Origin: a virus
Taxonomy: Duplodnaviria; Caudoviricetes
DNA length: 62,773 nucleotides
Strand: one strand, 5' to 3'
Virus record (IMG/VR): IMGVR_UViG_3300025168_000084
Coordinates: 1 to 62,773 of that record
This document shows, one piece after another, positions 39,915 to 49,822 of the stretch (its first letter is position 1; the number at the start of each line of letters is the position of its first letter). A program made the translations under genes and the position numbers. The notes under the pieces were generated by a model, which did no database searches, had not been told where the DNA came from, and saw only the letters and a program-made list of their open reading frames with translations.

Positions 39915-40060
39915 TAGTCTCTATCGTACCTATCGTCAGGTTCACATGCATCTCTCATCATATCTTCTATGTCATCCATTAGGTTCTCCCATACATATTC
40001 AAGAATGTTGTCCTGATCCATTTTTTCCAATATTTTCAAATCATCATCATAGTCAGTCAA
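39914..40060 (-). CDS. 48-aa highly acidic microprotein (not in ORF track)
   Basis: MTDYDDDLKILEKMDQDNILEYVWENLMDDIEDMMRDACEPDDRYDRD; 19 of 48 residues are D/E; TAATG coupling. Confidence 0.55.
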   Translation of the reverse strand: MTDYDDDLKILEKMDQDNILEYVWENLMDDIEDMMRDACEPDDRYDRD

Positions 40061-40325
40061 TTTAATACTACCTCATATTTTATAGTCTTACTGTCATAAA
40101 AACCTATGTAATGACAGTCCTTGCATTGTTGTTTTGACCAACAATGTTTTCCTGTACAACCAGATGATCTGATACATTTTAGACAAGTTTTACACCTCAA
40201 TTAAATCTCTCCTCAATTATTGTAAATATAGACTTACACATGGGACATTGAACATTACCCTTAACATTTCGTTTGTTTATCCATTTCATATGTTTCTCAC
40301 AGTTAGGACATAAGTCTAACATATC

Positions 40326-40889
40326 CTATCCCCACTGATCTGCCATAGCGTTAGCTATACCTGTAAAAGTCCTACTTCTGTCAACTGAATTTCTAGGCGT
40401 TTCATACCATCCTTTGGTATATTTTTTTCCATTAGGTGTTACTACATATGTATATGGAATTTCATCAGTAGGTTCTAGATTTGGTAGGTTTTTCAACCAA
40501 AGACAAGTTTTCTTTGAATGGTCATGTCCATGCTGATAAGGTTGAATTATCTGAGTGTATTTTGGTAGACCTGCTGCTTTACTAGGAACAGGATTTTCTA
40601 TGCATATCTTATCAATATCAGCATTTAACAAAGACATAAACAAACTTGTATCTATCTCATGATTTTCTTTTTTATTCAGCCTTGCCCTATTTCTACAAAT
40701 AAATGTACATACAGGGTGTCCTATCATTAAATCCCATTCTTTATCTAAATGATTCAATACGTCATCTTGAATGTGATATTTACTAGGTATCTCTGTTGGC
40801 AATATGTCACAGGAATATGCTTCATGTCCTTTCTTTCTGAAAGCTTCACGAATTATTCCTGACATTTCACAAGCAACCAACACTTTCAT
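40326..40889 (-). CDS. DNA cytosine methyltransferase-like protein
   Basis: MKVLVACEMSG, SCDILP, WDLMIGHPVCT, IENP, KKTCLWL and RSRTF.GIA.AMA.QWG, a common phage C5-MTase-like family. Confidence 0.75.
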   Translation of the reverse strand: MKVLVACEMSGIIREAFRKKGHEAYSCDILPTEIPSKYHIQDDVLNHLDKEWDLMIGHPVCTFICRNRARLNKKENHEIDTSLFMSLLNADIDKICIENPVPSKAAGLPKYTQIIQPYQHGHDHSKKTCLWLKNLPNLEPTDEIPYTYVVTPNGKKYTKGWYETPRNSVDRSRTFTGIANAMADQWG

Positions 40890-41188
40890 TTCTTACTAGC
40901 CCGTTTCCTTTTGTTATAATTCTTCATATATATCCTTCTTTCCTCTCTCCTTACAGGATCTTTAAAGTATTCTTTGGAGTATATTACCTTTTCTTCCTTG
41001 TGAGTATTTGCATATTTCCTTCCGTAAGCTAGTTTTTTCTCTCTGTTTTTGTAATAGTATTTTAAACTATTCTTACTTTGTGCAATAAGCAAACATTTGG
41101 AACAGTATGTTTTTGGTCTTCCCCTATACCATTCCAAAGGCTTGTTGCATAACTTACACTTAACATCATACTTGCTGAATCTAGGCAT
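40886..41188 (-). CDS. Basic Zn-finger protein
   Basis: CKLC…YCSKC followed by a Lys/Arg/Tyr-rich helix. Confidence 0.55.
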   Translation of the reverse strand: MPRFSKYDVKCKLCNKPLEWYRGRPKTYCSKCLLIAQSKNSLKYYYKNREKKLAYGRKYANTHKEEKVIYSKEYFKDPVRREERRIYMKNYNKRKRASKK

Positions 41189-41833
41189 TTAATAATGCAT
41201 CTCCTTCCATACTTTGATCATTTCATCAACTTGTTCGTCACTTGCAACTTTTCCTTTCTTAGTATGATAAGAGTGCCCTGCCATAACTAATTCAGCAATA
41301 GCACTATGTTGTTCGTTTTCATAATCGGTATCGGTTCTTCCATCTCTTTTGTTATCAACATACTTTGCAACATAATCATTTACTGGTGGCATATTGTTTG
41401 CAATTTCATTGAATTTTGTCCACTCCACGTTTCTCCATTTTTTTGCCCATTGCCAATATGCATGACCTATTATTTCATGATAAATTATTTCATCAGCATC
41501 ATCAACGTCTATGTTTGCATGGTCTACAAATTCAAACCATTGTTTTTCTCCATTCCAACTACCTGCTCTATTGATAGTCTTTGCATACTTTATCGTTATT
41601 CCCTTGATATGTTTCATAATTTTTCTAATCTCTTTGTCAGTATTTATTCTCATGATAATCCTATCAACTACTTCTTGTTTTGGTGCTGGTATTCCATCTC
41701 TACTCCAACCACCAGAAGTTTCCTTTCCGATATAGACATAAGTATTCTTGTAGACTTTAATTCCGTGACTTCCTTTTTTTGCACGTTTTGATCTGTTCAC
41801 TTTTCTTTTTGATTTCCTTAATATCTGACTCAT
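41189..41833 (-). CDS. Putative zincin-like metallopeptidase
   Basis: IYHEIIGH and a downstream YENEQHS; basic N-terminus. Confidence 0.5.
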   Translation of the reverse strand: MSQILRKSKRKVNRSKRAKKGSHGIKVYKNTYVYIGKETSGGWSRDGIPAPKQEVVDRIIMRINTDKEIRKIMKHIKGITIKYAKTINRAGSWNGEKQWFEFVDHANIDVDDADEIIYHEIIGHAYWQWAKKWRNVEWTKFNEIANNMPPVNDYVAKYVDNKRDGRTDTDYENEQHSAIAELVMAGHSYHTKKGKVASDEQVDEMIKVWKEMHY

Positions 41834-41835
41834 GA

Positions 41836-42759
41836 TTATAAACTCACATTAAACGTGTCATTAATTCTTAATCGAATCAATTCACGTTCACTAGGCTCAC
41901 TAAACTTTATCATGATAACCTCGCTAAGAGCAGTTTCCAATGGTCTAGGAATCTTATCCTGTATGCTTCTAAAGTGGTGGGTAAACTGTACAATATCCCT
42001 AATAGATAGAGCATAGTCAACGTCACCTTTCAACTTAAGGGCATAAATGTCCTGTGCAAGAGTCAAAAGTGGGTTCTTAATTGCATCTTCACCTATATCT
42101 GTCCAATCAACTACCTTCTGAATGTCCTCATTCTTTGGATAATCCCATGCACTACCGATAAATCTGCTTCTTAATGCTTCTGCCATACTGTTCACACCTA
42201 CATAAGTGACTGGATTGATAGTCCAAATGATAGACAACTTGCAACCCTTCTTGAGCTTGTATTGCTTACCGTTTGCAACTACGCTACGTCTTCCGTCACA
42301 TATAGAGTGCCACCATTGTTGAATCTCATGTTCCTGACTGTTACCCTCGTCACCATAAAGACAAGCGTGTCCAAAGTGATTGGCAATCTCTATTGCCTTA
42401 GGCAATAAACCAAGACTAAAGAATGTACCATCTCTATTGATCTCCTTACTGCCAATCAAATCAGATTTTTTAGTTCCAACACCGATAGGCTCGTTAATCA
42501 AGGCAACACCGTTCTCCTTACATATAGTATGAGTCAACAGTGTCTTACCCTGACCTTTCTCACTCTCAATAAGATACGGAAGTTTTCCTTCCATGATAGC
42601 CATAGTCAATCTGGTCTTCTCATCACCTATAGCTATATACTCATCCCATACGTCAATGTTTGACGGATCGTACTGAGTAAAATCAATAGGCAGTACAGGT
42701 ATTCCAGTTTGCATAACTAACTCAGGTTGTTCTGACATATAATTCATTTCTTCAGTCAT
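41836..42759 (-). CDS. MoxR-family AAA+ ATPase (CbbQ/NorQ/CobS-like)
   Basis: SEKGQGKT Walker A, DLIG, LYGDEGN Walker B, TINP..Y.G, EALRSRF and SIRD. Confidence 0.85.
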   Translation of the reverse strand: MTEEMNYMSEQPELVMQTGIPVLPIDFTQYDPSNIDVWDEYIAIGDEKTRLTMAIMEGKLPYLIESEKGQGKTLLTHTICKENGVALINEPIGVGTKKSDLIGSKEINRDGTFFSLGLLPKAIEIANHFGHACLYGDEGNSQEHEIQQWWHSICDGRRSVVANGKQYKLKKGCKLSIIWTINPVTYVGVNSMAEALRSRFIGSAWDYPKNEDIQKVVDWTDIGEDAIKNPLLTLAQDIYALKLKGDVDYALSIRDIVQFTHHFRSIQDKIPRPLETALSEVIMIKFSEPSERELIRLRINDTFNVSL

Positions 42760-42895
42760 GCTTTCTTTAATTCTATGGTTAGTTTTTTTAGAGATTTAAA
42801 GAAAATATCTAATTCTGTATAATCATTTGTTCCTGATTCTAATTCATCAATCATACATGATTTTATAACTTCGATTTCTTTTTCTAATTGTTTCA

Positions 42896-43231
42896 TTATT
42901 TCAAATCCTCCCTTTTATTTACCCAATTCCCAAGAGGAGGTTCTAAACGATATCTCCTTTTAGCTTTTCTGATCAAGTTTTCAATTACTGTATGAAATTC
43001 ATCTTGAAATATATTATCTGCACAATATGTTAATTGATCAATAGTATTTTCCAATTCTTTCATTTCACCTCTGTCCAATTTCGACAAAGCTATTTTGTAA
43101 GCAAGTGCCATTGTTTTACAATGTTCTTGTGCTTTTGGTGATTCCATTTGATAATATTTTTCTGCATCTGCTTCTGCTTCATCAATTAATTTTCTGAGTT
43201 TTTTCATTGCGTTTTGTATTGGATCAGTCAT
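42896..43231 (-). CDS. Hypothetical helical protein
   Basis: ORF in the tightly packed leftward operon. Confidence 0.5.
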   Translation of the reverse strand: MTDPIQNAMKKLRKLIDEAEADAEKYYQMESPKAQEHCKTMALAYKIALSKLDRGEMKELENTIDQLTYCADNIFQDEFHTVIENLIRKAKRRYRLEPPLGNWVNKREDLK

Positions 43232-43503
43232 TATTTCAATCCCTCCAATGTATCTTCATCATACGTTTTCATCTTGTTTGGATCTAGTTCAGATTCTCCT
43301 TCCTTTTCCATTTCTGCAAAACCGTCTTGTAACAATGCTAGTAACACAAATTTCAATGTGCCTATAACCTGTCCGTTGTTGTATTCTTTGTTAGGAATGG
43401 ATTTCAATATAGTCATAGCCAATTCAGGATCAATGAATTTTAATTCAGGAATTCTTGACATTTCTTCTCTAGCCTTGTCAAAGAATTTTTTATTTCTAGG
43501 CAT
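43231..43503 (-). CDS. Hypothetical protein
   Basis: TAATG coupling with the downstream gene. Confidence 0.5.
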   Translation of the reverse strand: MPRNKKFFDKAREEMSRIPELKFIDPELAMTILKSIPNKEYNNGQVIGTLKFVLLALLQDGFAEMEKEGESELDPNKMKTYDEDTLEGLK

Positions 43504-43750
43504 TGATTAAAGACTCCTCATCTTCAATATCTTCAAGTACTGAATAATATTGCTTAGATTCTGGATGAATAATTAGATCAACATCAAATTCTTCATGACA
43601 TTTTGCACATGGAACTCTAACAGCCCATCCATCTCCATTACTTTGAAGTTCTGTTTCCTCTACAAATGGAGTATTTGCCTGTCCATATTTCAAGTATTGT
43701 GTAAGATCATCAAAAGATATGATATGTTTACAGTCAGTCATTATTTCCAT
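43496..43750 (-). CDS. Hypothetical acidic protein with CxH/CxxC
   Basis: Overlapping leftward ORF. Confidence 0.5.
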   Translation of the reverse strand: MEIMTDCKHIISFDDLTQYLKYGQANTPFVEETELQSNGDGWAVRVPCAKCHEEFDVDLIIHPESKQYYSVLEDIEDEESLINA

Positions 43751-43953
43751 CTCCCATAATCAGGCAAAGGATCTAACGGTAGTTCTTCGTTGCTTCCCCA
43801 TATACAATAGTTGCTTCTACTACAAGCCTTGCATATATGGTCGGTAAATATCTCACCAGAACCAACAACCAAGCCTTTATGCTTGTTGTCTTTTTCTTCT
43901 TCACAAAGATAACAGATGAATTTCTTGTTAGAACTAGGTTTCAATATAGTCAT
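43741..43953 (-). CDS. Zn-finger protein
   Basis: CYLC…ICKAC. Confidence 0.5.
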   Translation of the reverse strand: MTILKPSSNKKFICYLCEEEKDNKHKGLVVGSGEIFTDHICKACSRSNYCIWGSNEELPLDPLPDYGRWK

Positions 43954-44147
43954 GCTTTTTCTCCTTTAATCACACAGGTAGAACACGGATTTATATTATG
44001 ACGTATTATATAGTCTATATTAACATCACATGTTGCACATAGTGACCAAAAGTAGTAAATGTCATCTTTGGTATAACGTTTTAAATCTTCGTATAAATAT
44101 TCTTCATTGCATTTGGAACATTTATACAATTTTTCTTCATTAGACAT
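43950..44147 (-). CDS. Zn-finger protein
   Basis: CSKC…CATC…CSTC. Confidence 0.5.
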   Translation of the reverse strand: MSNEEKLYKCSKCNEEYLYEDLKRYTKDDIYYFWSLCATCDVNIDYIIRHNINPCSTCVIKGEKA

Positions 44148-44296
44148 GATTTTTATACCTTATTTTTTATTTTTTATCTATTGATTCACCTTGTCTCCCT
44201 CAGTATATGAATTGTTTTTTACACCTTTCACCATAATTCTTAGCCATACATTATACATATAACTGTATGCAGCATAGGCTAAGCCTAAAAATTCTG

Positions 44297-44506
44297 TCAT
44301 TCTTTAAATTCCTCCATTTCTTTTTTCCACCATTCGTACATTTCTATATCCCAATCATTCGGTCTTACTGTTTTCAGATATTTGAATTCTCTTGGGAATA
44401 CCATATAGCCTTCATCATTATTTCTTTCTTCGTTAGCTTCTTTCAAATTATAAGCAGTAACGTAGTGTTTAGACACAAAGACATATTTTTTTAATTTTTC
44501 TGTCAT
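44297..44506 (-). CDS. Hypothetical protein
   Basis: 69-aa ORF on the coding strand of the early region. Confidence 0.45.
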   Translation of the reverse strand: MTEKLKKYVFVSKHYVTAYNLKEANEERNNDEGYMVFPREFKYLKTVRPNDWDIEMYEWWKKEMEEFKE

Positions 44507-44806
44507 TCTTCTAACATCTCCATGTGCTTACACTTGCCACCAATATCTTTTTTTCTATACTTATAGTCGTTACAAGTACAGGAATCTTTCGATACTTGGT
44601 ATGTTCCTGTCTTACCTTTGATAGTAACAAACTCAGTCATTATAATAAGTCCTCCTTCATTTTTATTCTCATTTTATATTCTTTCATGTTTATTTCTTTA
44701 TTTTCTGGATTTATTGCCAAATATTTATGACAGGTTGTACAAACAAACCAAGTATAGTGTCTATCTTTGAATGATTTGCGACATTCTTCACAATTATCAG
44801 CATACA

Positions 44807-45112
44807 TTATATTCTACTCCTTCTTGCTTCTTTATGAAACAGGAATGTTTCCATTACAACATCGTCTAATGCATATTTATAAGGCTGTGCATTTGTTATC
44901 TCAATGTCTTTCTTTGACATATACTCATCATAAGTGTACTCAACTTGACCATAAGTGTATGTTGAACCATTTAGATTGGTTACAACTTTTACAGGTATTA
45001 GTTCAAACATTTTTTCTAGTTTATGTACTCTTTCGTTTAACATATCAATCTCACCTTGAAGTTGAAACATGGATTCCATTGTTTCTGTACTAGTCATTTT
45101 GTATTTCTCCAT
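44807..45112 (-). CDS. Hypothetical protein with coiled coil
   Basis: LQGEIDMLNERVHKLEK heptads. Confidence 0.5.
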   Translation of the reverse strand: MEKYKMTSTETMESMFQLQGEIDMLNERVHKLEKMFELIPVKVVTNLNGSTYTYGQVEYTYDEYMSKKDIEITNAQPYKYALDDVVMETFLFHKEARRSRI

Positions 45113-45324
45113 AGTAACATTCTCTCTATATGTCTTTCACTATAACCATAACTTTGTAGTATGGAAATAAGTTTGCTGTCACTCATAACTAGGAACTCCC
45201 TGTGTTGTATTTCTGTGTTGAACTTTTGCTTTAATGTGCCAAGTATCATGTCTTGATACTCTTTCATTAAACAATGAATCTTCACTATCAAATGTCATAG
45301 TACACAATGAACAATGTAACATAG

Positions 45325-45663
45325 TCATCCTACTGCACATATCCCACACCAATACCATGTATTATAATATGGAGTTGTTGTTTTATCTTTGCCACATTCA
45401 CCACATAGATCTATCTCTTTTTTCTCAGTTATAAGGAATTTTGACATATTACGACAGTCAGCACATTCACCTCTTGTGCTATAAATAGCATTTTCAAGTG
45501 ATCTGTGTAACAAATACTCGGCATTTTCATGTGGGTGTGTCTCTCTAAATATTTTTTCTCTTTCGTTTATCATTTCACATTTTTGACAAAAGGGATTCTT
45601 ATCAGTCCAACTTTCAATAGTCATGTTACATCTTTCACATGGATATATACATGGACTAGTCAT
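45325..45663 (-). CDS. Multi-Zn-finger protein
   Basis: Five CxxC pairs. Confidence 0.55.
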   Translation of the reverse strand: MTSPCIYPCERCNMTIESWTDKNPFCQKCEMINEREKIFRETHPHENAEYLLHRSLENAIYSTRGECADCRNMSKFLITEKKEIDLCGECGKDKTTTPYYNTWYWCGICAVG

Positions 45664-45917
45664 TATTCTGAATCCTCCTTATGATCGCAACAAGCACACC
45701 AATCTACTGATTGAAGTTGATTAACTTCTGAATGATTATTTTCTGCACAATATGAACATATACAATCGCAGTCACAACGATATTTTCCTTCTTCGGTTTC
45801 ATTGTCATTACTGCCAACACATTCGTCATGGTAACCATTGTTACAATAGTTACAAAACATTTTTTCACCTATCATGAAAAACATATCTGTGCCATCAATT
45901 TCTTGTTCTTGTGTCAT
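45663..45917 (-). CDS. Acidic Cys-rich protein
   Basis: CNYC..GYHDEC…CDCDCIC…CACC. Confidence 0.55.
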   Translation of the reverse strand: MTQEQEIDGTDMFFMIGEKMFCNYCNNGYHDECVGSNDNETEEGKYRCDCDCICSYCAENNHSEVNQLQSVDWCACCDHKEDSE

Positions 45918-46051
45918 TGTTTTTTCTCCATTACTAATTGTTTCAACAGCATTTTTATTTCTTTCAATTCATGACGTATCTGTGTAACATTGTCATAATA
46001 CTGTCTTTCATATCCTGTAACCATTATTCTTCTACTCCCATGTTTTAGGTG

Positions 46052-46312
46052 TCATTGTGCTTCTAACCTCGATTTGATAGATGAGCCACCCTCATTTTTA
46101 TTTTCTTTCATATCATAAAACTTTCTACTGTCACCGTCATTATACTGTATGAAGGCAGAAAATGTGCCATCATGTATCTTTTTATGACATTCATAGTGAA
46201 CATAGGCTATTCTTTCAGGGAAATAACATACATGGTGTCTAATCAACTTACCGTCTAAAGGAGAGCCAAAGCACACTATACAAGTGTCCTTTTTGTTTAT
46301 GAACTCAGTCAA
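46052..46312 (-). CDS. HNH-like protein
   Basis: CIVC…RHHVCY…VHYECHKKIH. Confidence 0.55.
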   Translation of the reverse strand: MTEFINKKDTCIVCFGSPLDGKLIRHHVCYFPERIAYVHYECHKKIHDGTFSAFIQYNDGDSRKFYDMKENKNEGGSSIKSRLEAQ

Positions 46313-47325
46313 GATTGTAATAACTCCTCAGGTGTTAATTCATAACCATTAACAGTAACATAATCATTTGTCATTGTTATTTCACCACTCATATCAATAT
46401 CCTCAGGTTCTTCATTCATGTATTCCATGACCATAGTGTTAGATATTCTGCCATTGAAATCAGTTTCAGGCTCTACTGTTTGATTGTCTATTGGTATTGG
46501 TTTGTTAGCCATTTTATCTAGGTATTTCTGAATGATACCCATAGATACCTCTACTGCTTTGCAATATATTTTCCAATCCTGAAACATAGGCAATACTCGT
46601 ATTTCCAATGTTCCATGTTTGTGATATTGGTAGTTTAGTGCTGAGTATCTGCAATTAGGATAGTTATCATGTCTAATGTATAACTGCTGTTCTCCTCTAT
46701 AATCAATGTTGCACATAGTATTTTCATTTGCCAATCTATCCCAAAAGTTATAGTTTCTTATGTTGGCTCTTTTACCCCATCTTTTCAACTCAAGTATAAA
46801 GTGATTAAAGAATTCTTGAGTACATAACAATTCAAATGCTTGAATGTTATCAAATGATACATGGAAATGACCACCACATGTACTGTTAAGATCCTCAGGA
46901 TAATATCTATTAACCCAATTTCTCCATGTGCCATTAATAGGCATTGGATATGATATTATTTCACCTGAAGAACCACCTTCTCTATTATAACAATGATCTC
47001 CCTCGTCATTACAACAGTAATCACAGTCGCCACATTCTCCATCACCATAACCTAATCCTTCTACTGATGAATCGTCATGCCACATATATGAACTATATAA
47101 CCAATCATCTTGGTTATCTTCATTATCAGGCATTTCACTCCATGCACCTTCTAATTCAATGCCAATTTTTACTATTTTGCATTGAGGTGTCAATAAAACA
47201 TGGGTATTTTGACAGTTTTCACAACATAAACAGAATCTATCACTATCAAATGTCATATTCATATAACATTCAGAACAATGATATTCAGTCATCCCTGTAA
47301 TTGGGTGTTTATTTAATATAGACAT
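46309..47325 (-). CDS. Putative amidoligase (glutamine synthetase-like COOH-NH2 ligase)
   Basis: IGIELEG, DSSV, GEIISYP, CGGHFHVS, RYSALN and HGTLEIR motifs; extra Cys-rich segments. Confidence 0.8.
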   Translation of the reverse strand: MSILNKHPITGMTEYHCSECYMNMTFDSDRFCLCCENCQNTHVLLTPQCKIVKIGIELEGAWSEMPDNEDNQDDWLYSSYMWHDDSSVEGLGYGDGECGDCDYCCNDEGDHCYNREGGSSGEIISYPMPINGTWRNWVNRYYPEDLNSTCGGHFHVSFDNIQAFELLCTQEFFNHFILELKRWGKRANIRNYNFWDRLANENTMCNIDYRGEQQLYIRHDNYPNCRYSALNYQYHKHGTLEIRVLPMFQDWKIYCKAVEVSMGIIQKYLDKMANKPIPIDNQTVEPETDFNGRISNTMVMEYMNEEPEDIDMSGEITMTNDYVTVNGYELTPEELLQS

Positions 47326-47327
47326 TA

Positions 47328-48119
47328 TTATAATGGCTCCTTGTCATATCTTTTTGATTTTATTTCACAACCGTCAAGATAATCTAACTCGTCAGCACAG
47401 TAGAATGTTGAACCATCAACAAATTGTTTTTGATAGTTATCCTCATAATCATCAAGGGACTGAACTTTAGTATCGGATTTATCTGATTTCTTTGCTTTAT
47501 ATTCAAAATTACCACCATAATCTCCCCAATATACAGGCTCGAAATTATCATTACTGCAAGATATTTTATCTACGGTTGTCCAACCGTCACCAAATCTATC
47601 AATACCGTCAGGTGACAATACAATGACTTTTTCTCCTGTAAATTCAAGGAAATTAATGCCTTTATGTGAAGCACACCAAGCCATAATACTACTGTCACTC
47701 ATATCACCGTCAGGAATACGAATATTAGGACTGTTAAATGCTAGTTTTATAGCAAAATCGTCAAACTCATTCCATATACCATTATGGAACATTACAGATT
47801 GTCTTGTACTTCCTCTGGTTCTATTTGATAATGCAGTTCCATCTTTGTTCATTCCTAATGGGAATGGGTGGCATAACATATCATTATTTTCACCATGAGT
47901 GCCTATTCTGAAATGTACGATAAGGTTATTTTTCTTGGTCAATTTATGTTTCTTGACATATTTAGCTACATACTCAGCAGTAACATGAAGACCTTTTTCC
48001 CAATGTACTAGACCATCTCTGGTATATGCAAATCCACCACCATCACGATTAGTTTTTTCTGCTTTTATGAGCATATCTAATTTAGGAATATGCTCATCAC
48101 ATTGTAATATAACACACAT
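47328..48119 (-). CDS. Class II (Ntn) glutamine amidotransferase
   Basis: N-terminal nucleophile MC, N.DGGG, HFRIGTHG, CHPF, FHNG and SDS. Confidence 0.85.
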   Translation of the reverse strand: MCVILQCDEHIPKLDMLIKAEKTNRDGGGFAYTRDGLVHWEKGLHVTAEYVAKYVKKHKLTKKNNLIVHFRIGTHGENNDMLCHPFPLGMNKDGTALSNRTRGSTRQSVMFHNGIWNEFDDFAIKLAFNSPNIRIPDGDMSDSSIMAWCASHKGINFLEFTGEKVIVLSPDGIDRFGDGWTTVDKISCSNDNFEPVYWGDYGGNFEYKAKKSDKSDTKVQSLDDYEDNYQKQFVDGSTFYCADELDYLDGCEIKSKRYDKEPL

Positions 48120-48658
48120 TATCTAATACGCTCCGATTTTATGGTAATCTTACCTTTGGATTGTTTTGGTGTCATGTATTTGTTGTACATTTTTCCTAAC
48201 ATTTGCATGGTTTTATCACAATACAAATCAAATTTCTTACCGTCAACAGGTGAGCCATTAATACATATTTTCATACCTTTGGATATACCTTTAGCCCTAA
48301 CCCATGATATGTTTGGAACATCTATTTCCTCAGTTACACTAGAACTAAAGAACATTTCATTACTCTCACCCCAATATTTTATTGATGTGAATATATCATG
48401 TTGATCTGGTCTAGAATATCCATAACAAGAAATTTCCTTAAATCCTGTACGAATAGGATGCCATTTTTCATTTCCAGCATAATCAGGATTAATTGATTGA
48501 TTTTTGAAATATTGTTCAAATACGTCAGATTTAGCCTTCACAATAAATAATCCATTTTCTCTCAAGAATGTTACTGTCATTACAGTTTTCTTGGTAACAG
48601 GATCTACTACTGTTCTACTAATACCTTGCACATTTGCATTAGACATTTTTTGATTCAT
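48119..48658 (-). CDS. Hypothetical protein coupled to the GATase
   Basis: TAATG junctions on both sides; likely start ATG 48658. Confidence 0.55.
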   Translation of the reverse strand: MNQKMSNANVQGISRTVVDPVTKKTVMTVTFLRENGLFIVKAKSDVFEQYFKNQSINPDYAGNEKWHPIRTGFKEISCYGYSRPDQHDIFTSIKYWGESNEMFFSSSVTEEIDVPNISWVRAKGISKGMKICINGSPVDGKKFDLYCDKTMQMLGKMYNKYMTPKQSKGKITIKSERIR

Positions 48659-48810
48659 TATAATAAACTCTCCCAATATTCATTCATAGCTTCATCTTGA
48701 CCACAATTAGAACATAAATTAGTCATATTGTCTTTTCTAGATAGAGCTGGGAAATCTTCATCATAACTTTTAGTCATGTTACAGATACCACATGTATAAT
48801 AATCAGTCAT
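48658..48810 (-). CDS. 50-aa Zn-finger microprotein (not in ORF track)
   Basis: CGIC…PALSRKDN.T..CSNCG..EA. Confidence 0.6.
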   Translation of the reverse strand: MTDYYTCGICNMTKSYDEDFPALSRKDNMTNLCSNCGQDEAMNEYWESLL

Positions 48811-49164
48811 TATTTTAATTCCTCAGGTCTAACATATTTCATATAATCAGAGAATGAGTATATTGACATAAGATATTCTTCAGTAAATGTGCCTGTCACA
48901 CCACTATTTATCCACTTTTTATATGCAATATAATCAGGAGGAAGTCTCTCTAAAATCATTATTTTAGTAACCATGCCCATTCTGCTCTTTCATTATATGA
49001 TTCATCTATATCAGATTTTTCAGTCAAATTAAATACAGAACATTTGCCGTTTTTACAGGTCATTTCTTTATTCTCTATCTATTGATTCACCTTTTCTCCT
49101 TTGATAGTATGAATGGATATTCCGTTCATCATAATATGTGAGGATGCTACACAATCAACCCACG

Positions 49165-49656
49165 TTAACATTTTATATTCTCCTTGTTTATCCATGCTGG
49201 TATATCTCTTTTTGTCCATTTTAGTATATCCTGTTTAGCAACATTGTAATAATTTCTATATGAAGCAACAATATCATTGTCAATCTTACATTCATCAGGC
49301 ATAGCTCTAGCAAATCTGGTCATTTTAACATCAGGTAAATCTGGGAAAGGTAATGATTTAATCACATCAAATGATTTATGATTGACATTTTTATCATATC
49401 TGTATCTGTATTCGTCATTCAATGCACTAGTCATGTTATATAGCCACTCATAGTTCTCAATACTATCACGCAACCATTTATTGCATGGGTGATTAACATG
49501 AGTTGATTTGTAAGGTATTTTATAATCATAACCACCTATAACATGATGAACAGTACACATCATTTGTGCGTGTTCTAGTATCATTTTGACAACATGCTTA
49601 TCAACATGCAATTTGGCACATTCTACATAATCATTGTCTAACACAAATATATTCAT
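49165..49656 (-). CDS. Pyrimidine-dimer DNA glycosylase-like protein (T4 endonuclease V family)
   Basis: MNIFVLD, DKHVVKMILE.AQM, YKSTHVNHPC..W, AMPD and YRNYY. Confidence 0.8.
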   Translation of the reverse strand: MNIFVLDNDYVECAKLHVDKHVVKMILEHAQMMCTVHHVIGGYDYKIPYKSTHVNHPCNKWLRDSIENYEWLYNMTSALNDEYRYRYDKNVNHKSFDVIKSLPFPDLPDVKMTRFARAMPDECKIDNDIVASYRNYYNVAKQDILKWTKRDIPAWINKENIKC

Positions 49657-49822
49657 AATTTATTCTCCATAAAATATGTTCCTTGCCATTCTCTATGACA
49701 CTCATGACATTTACTTTCGTATTTGTTGGTATTATAATCATATTTCTCAAATATATGTGCTTTATTATTGTGTAAATATCCATACCAACAATAAGGACAT
49801 TTGGATATTTCTTTTACACTAT

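Noticed and set aside
41836-42759. cobS auxiliary metabolic gene for cobalamin synthesis
   Set aside because: Only general MoxR features are visible, there is no CobN, and the partner has a peptidase motif; a metabolic role is unsupported.
42750-49030. Recurrent ATGACTGA/TTGACTGA at early gene starts as a cassette recombination site
   Set aside because: Too short, and explained by Met-Thr-Asp/Glu N-termini and stop-start overlaps.
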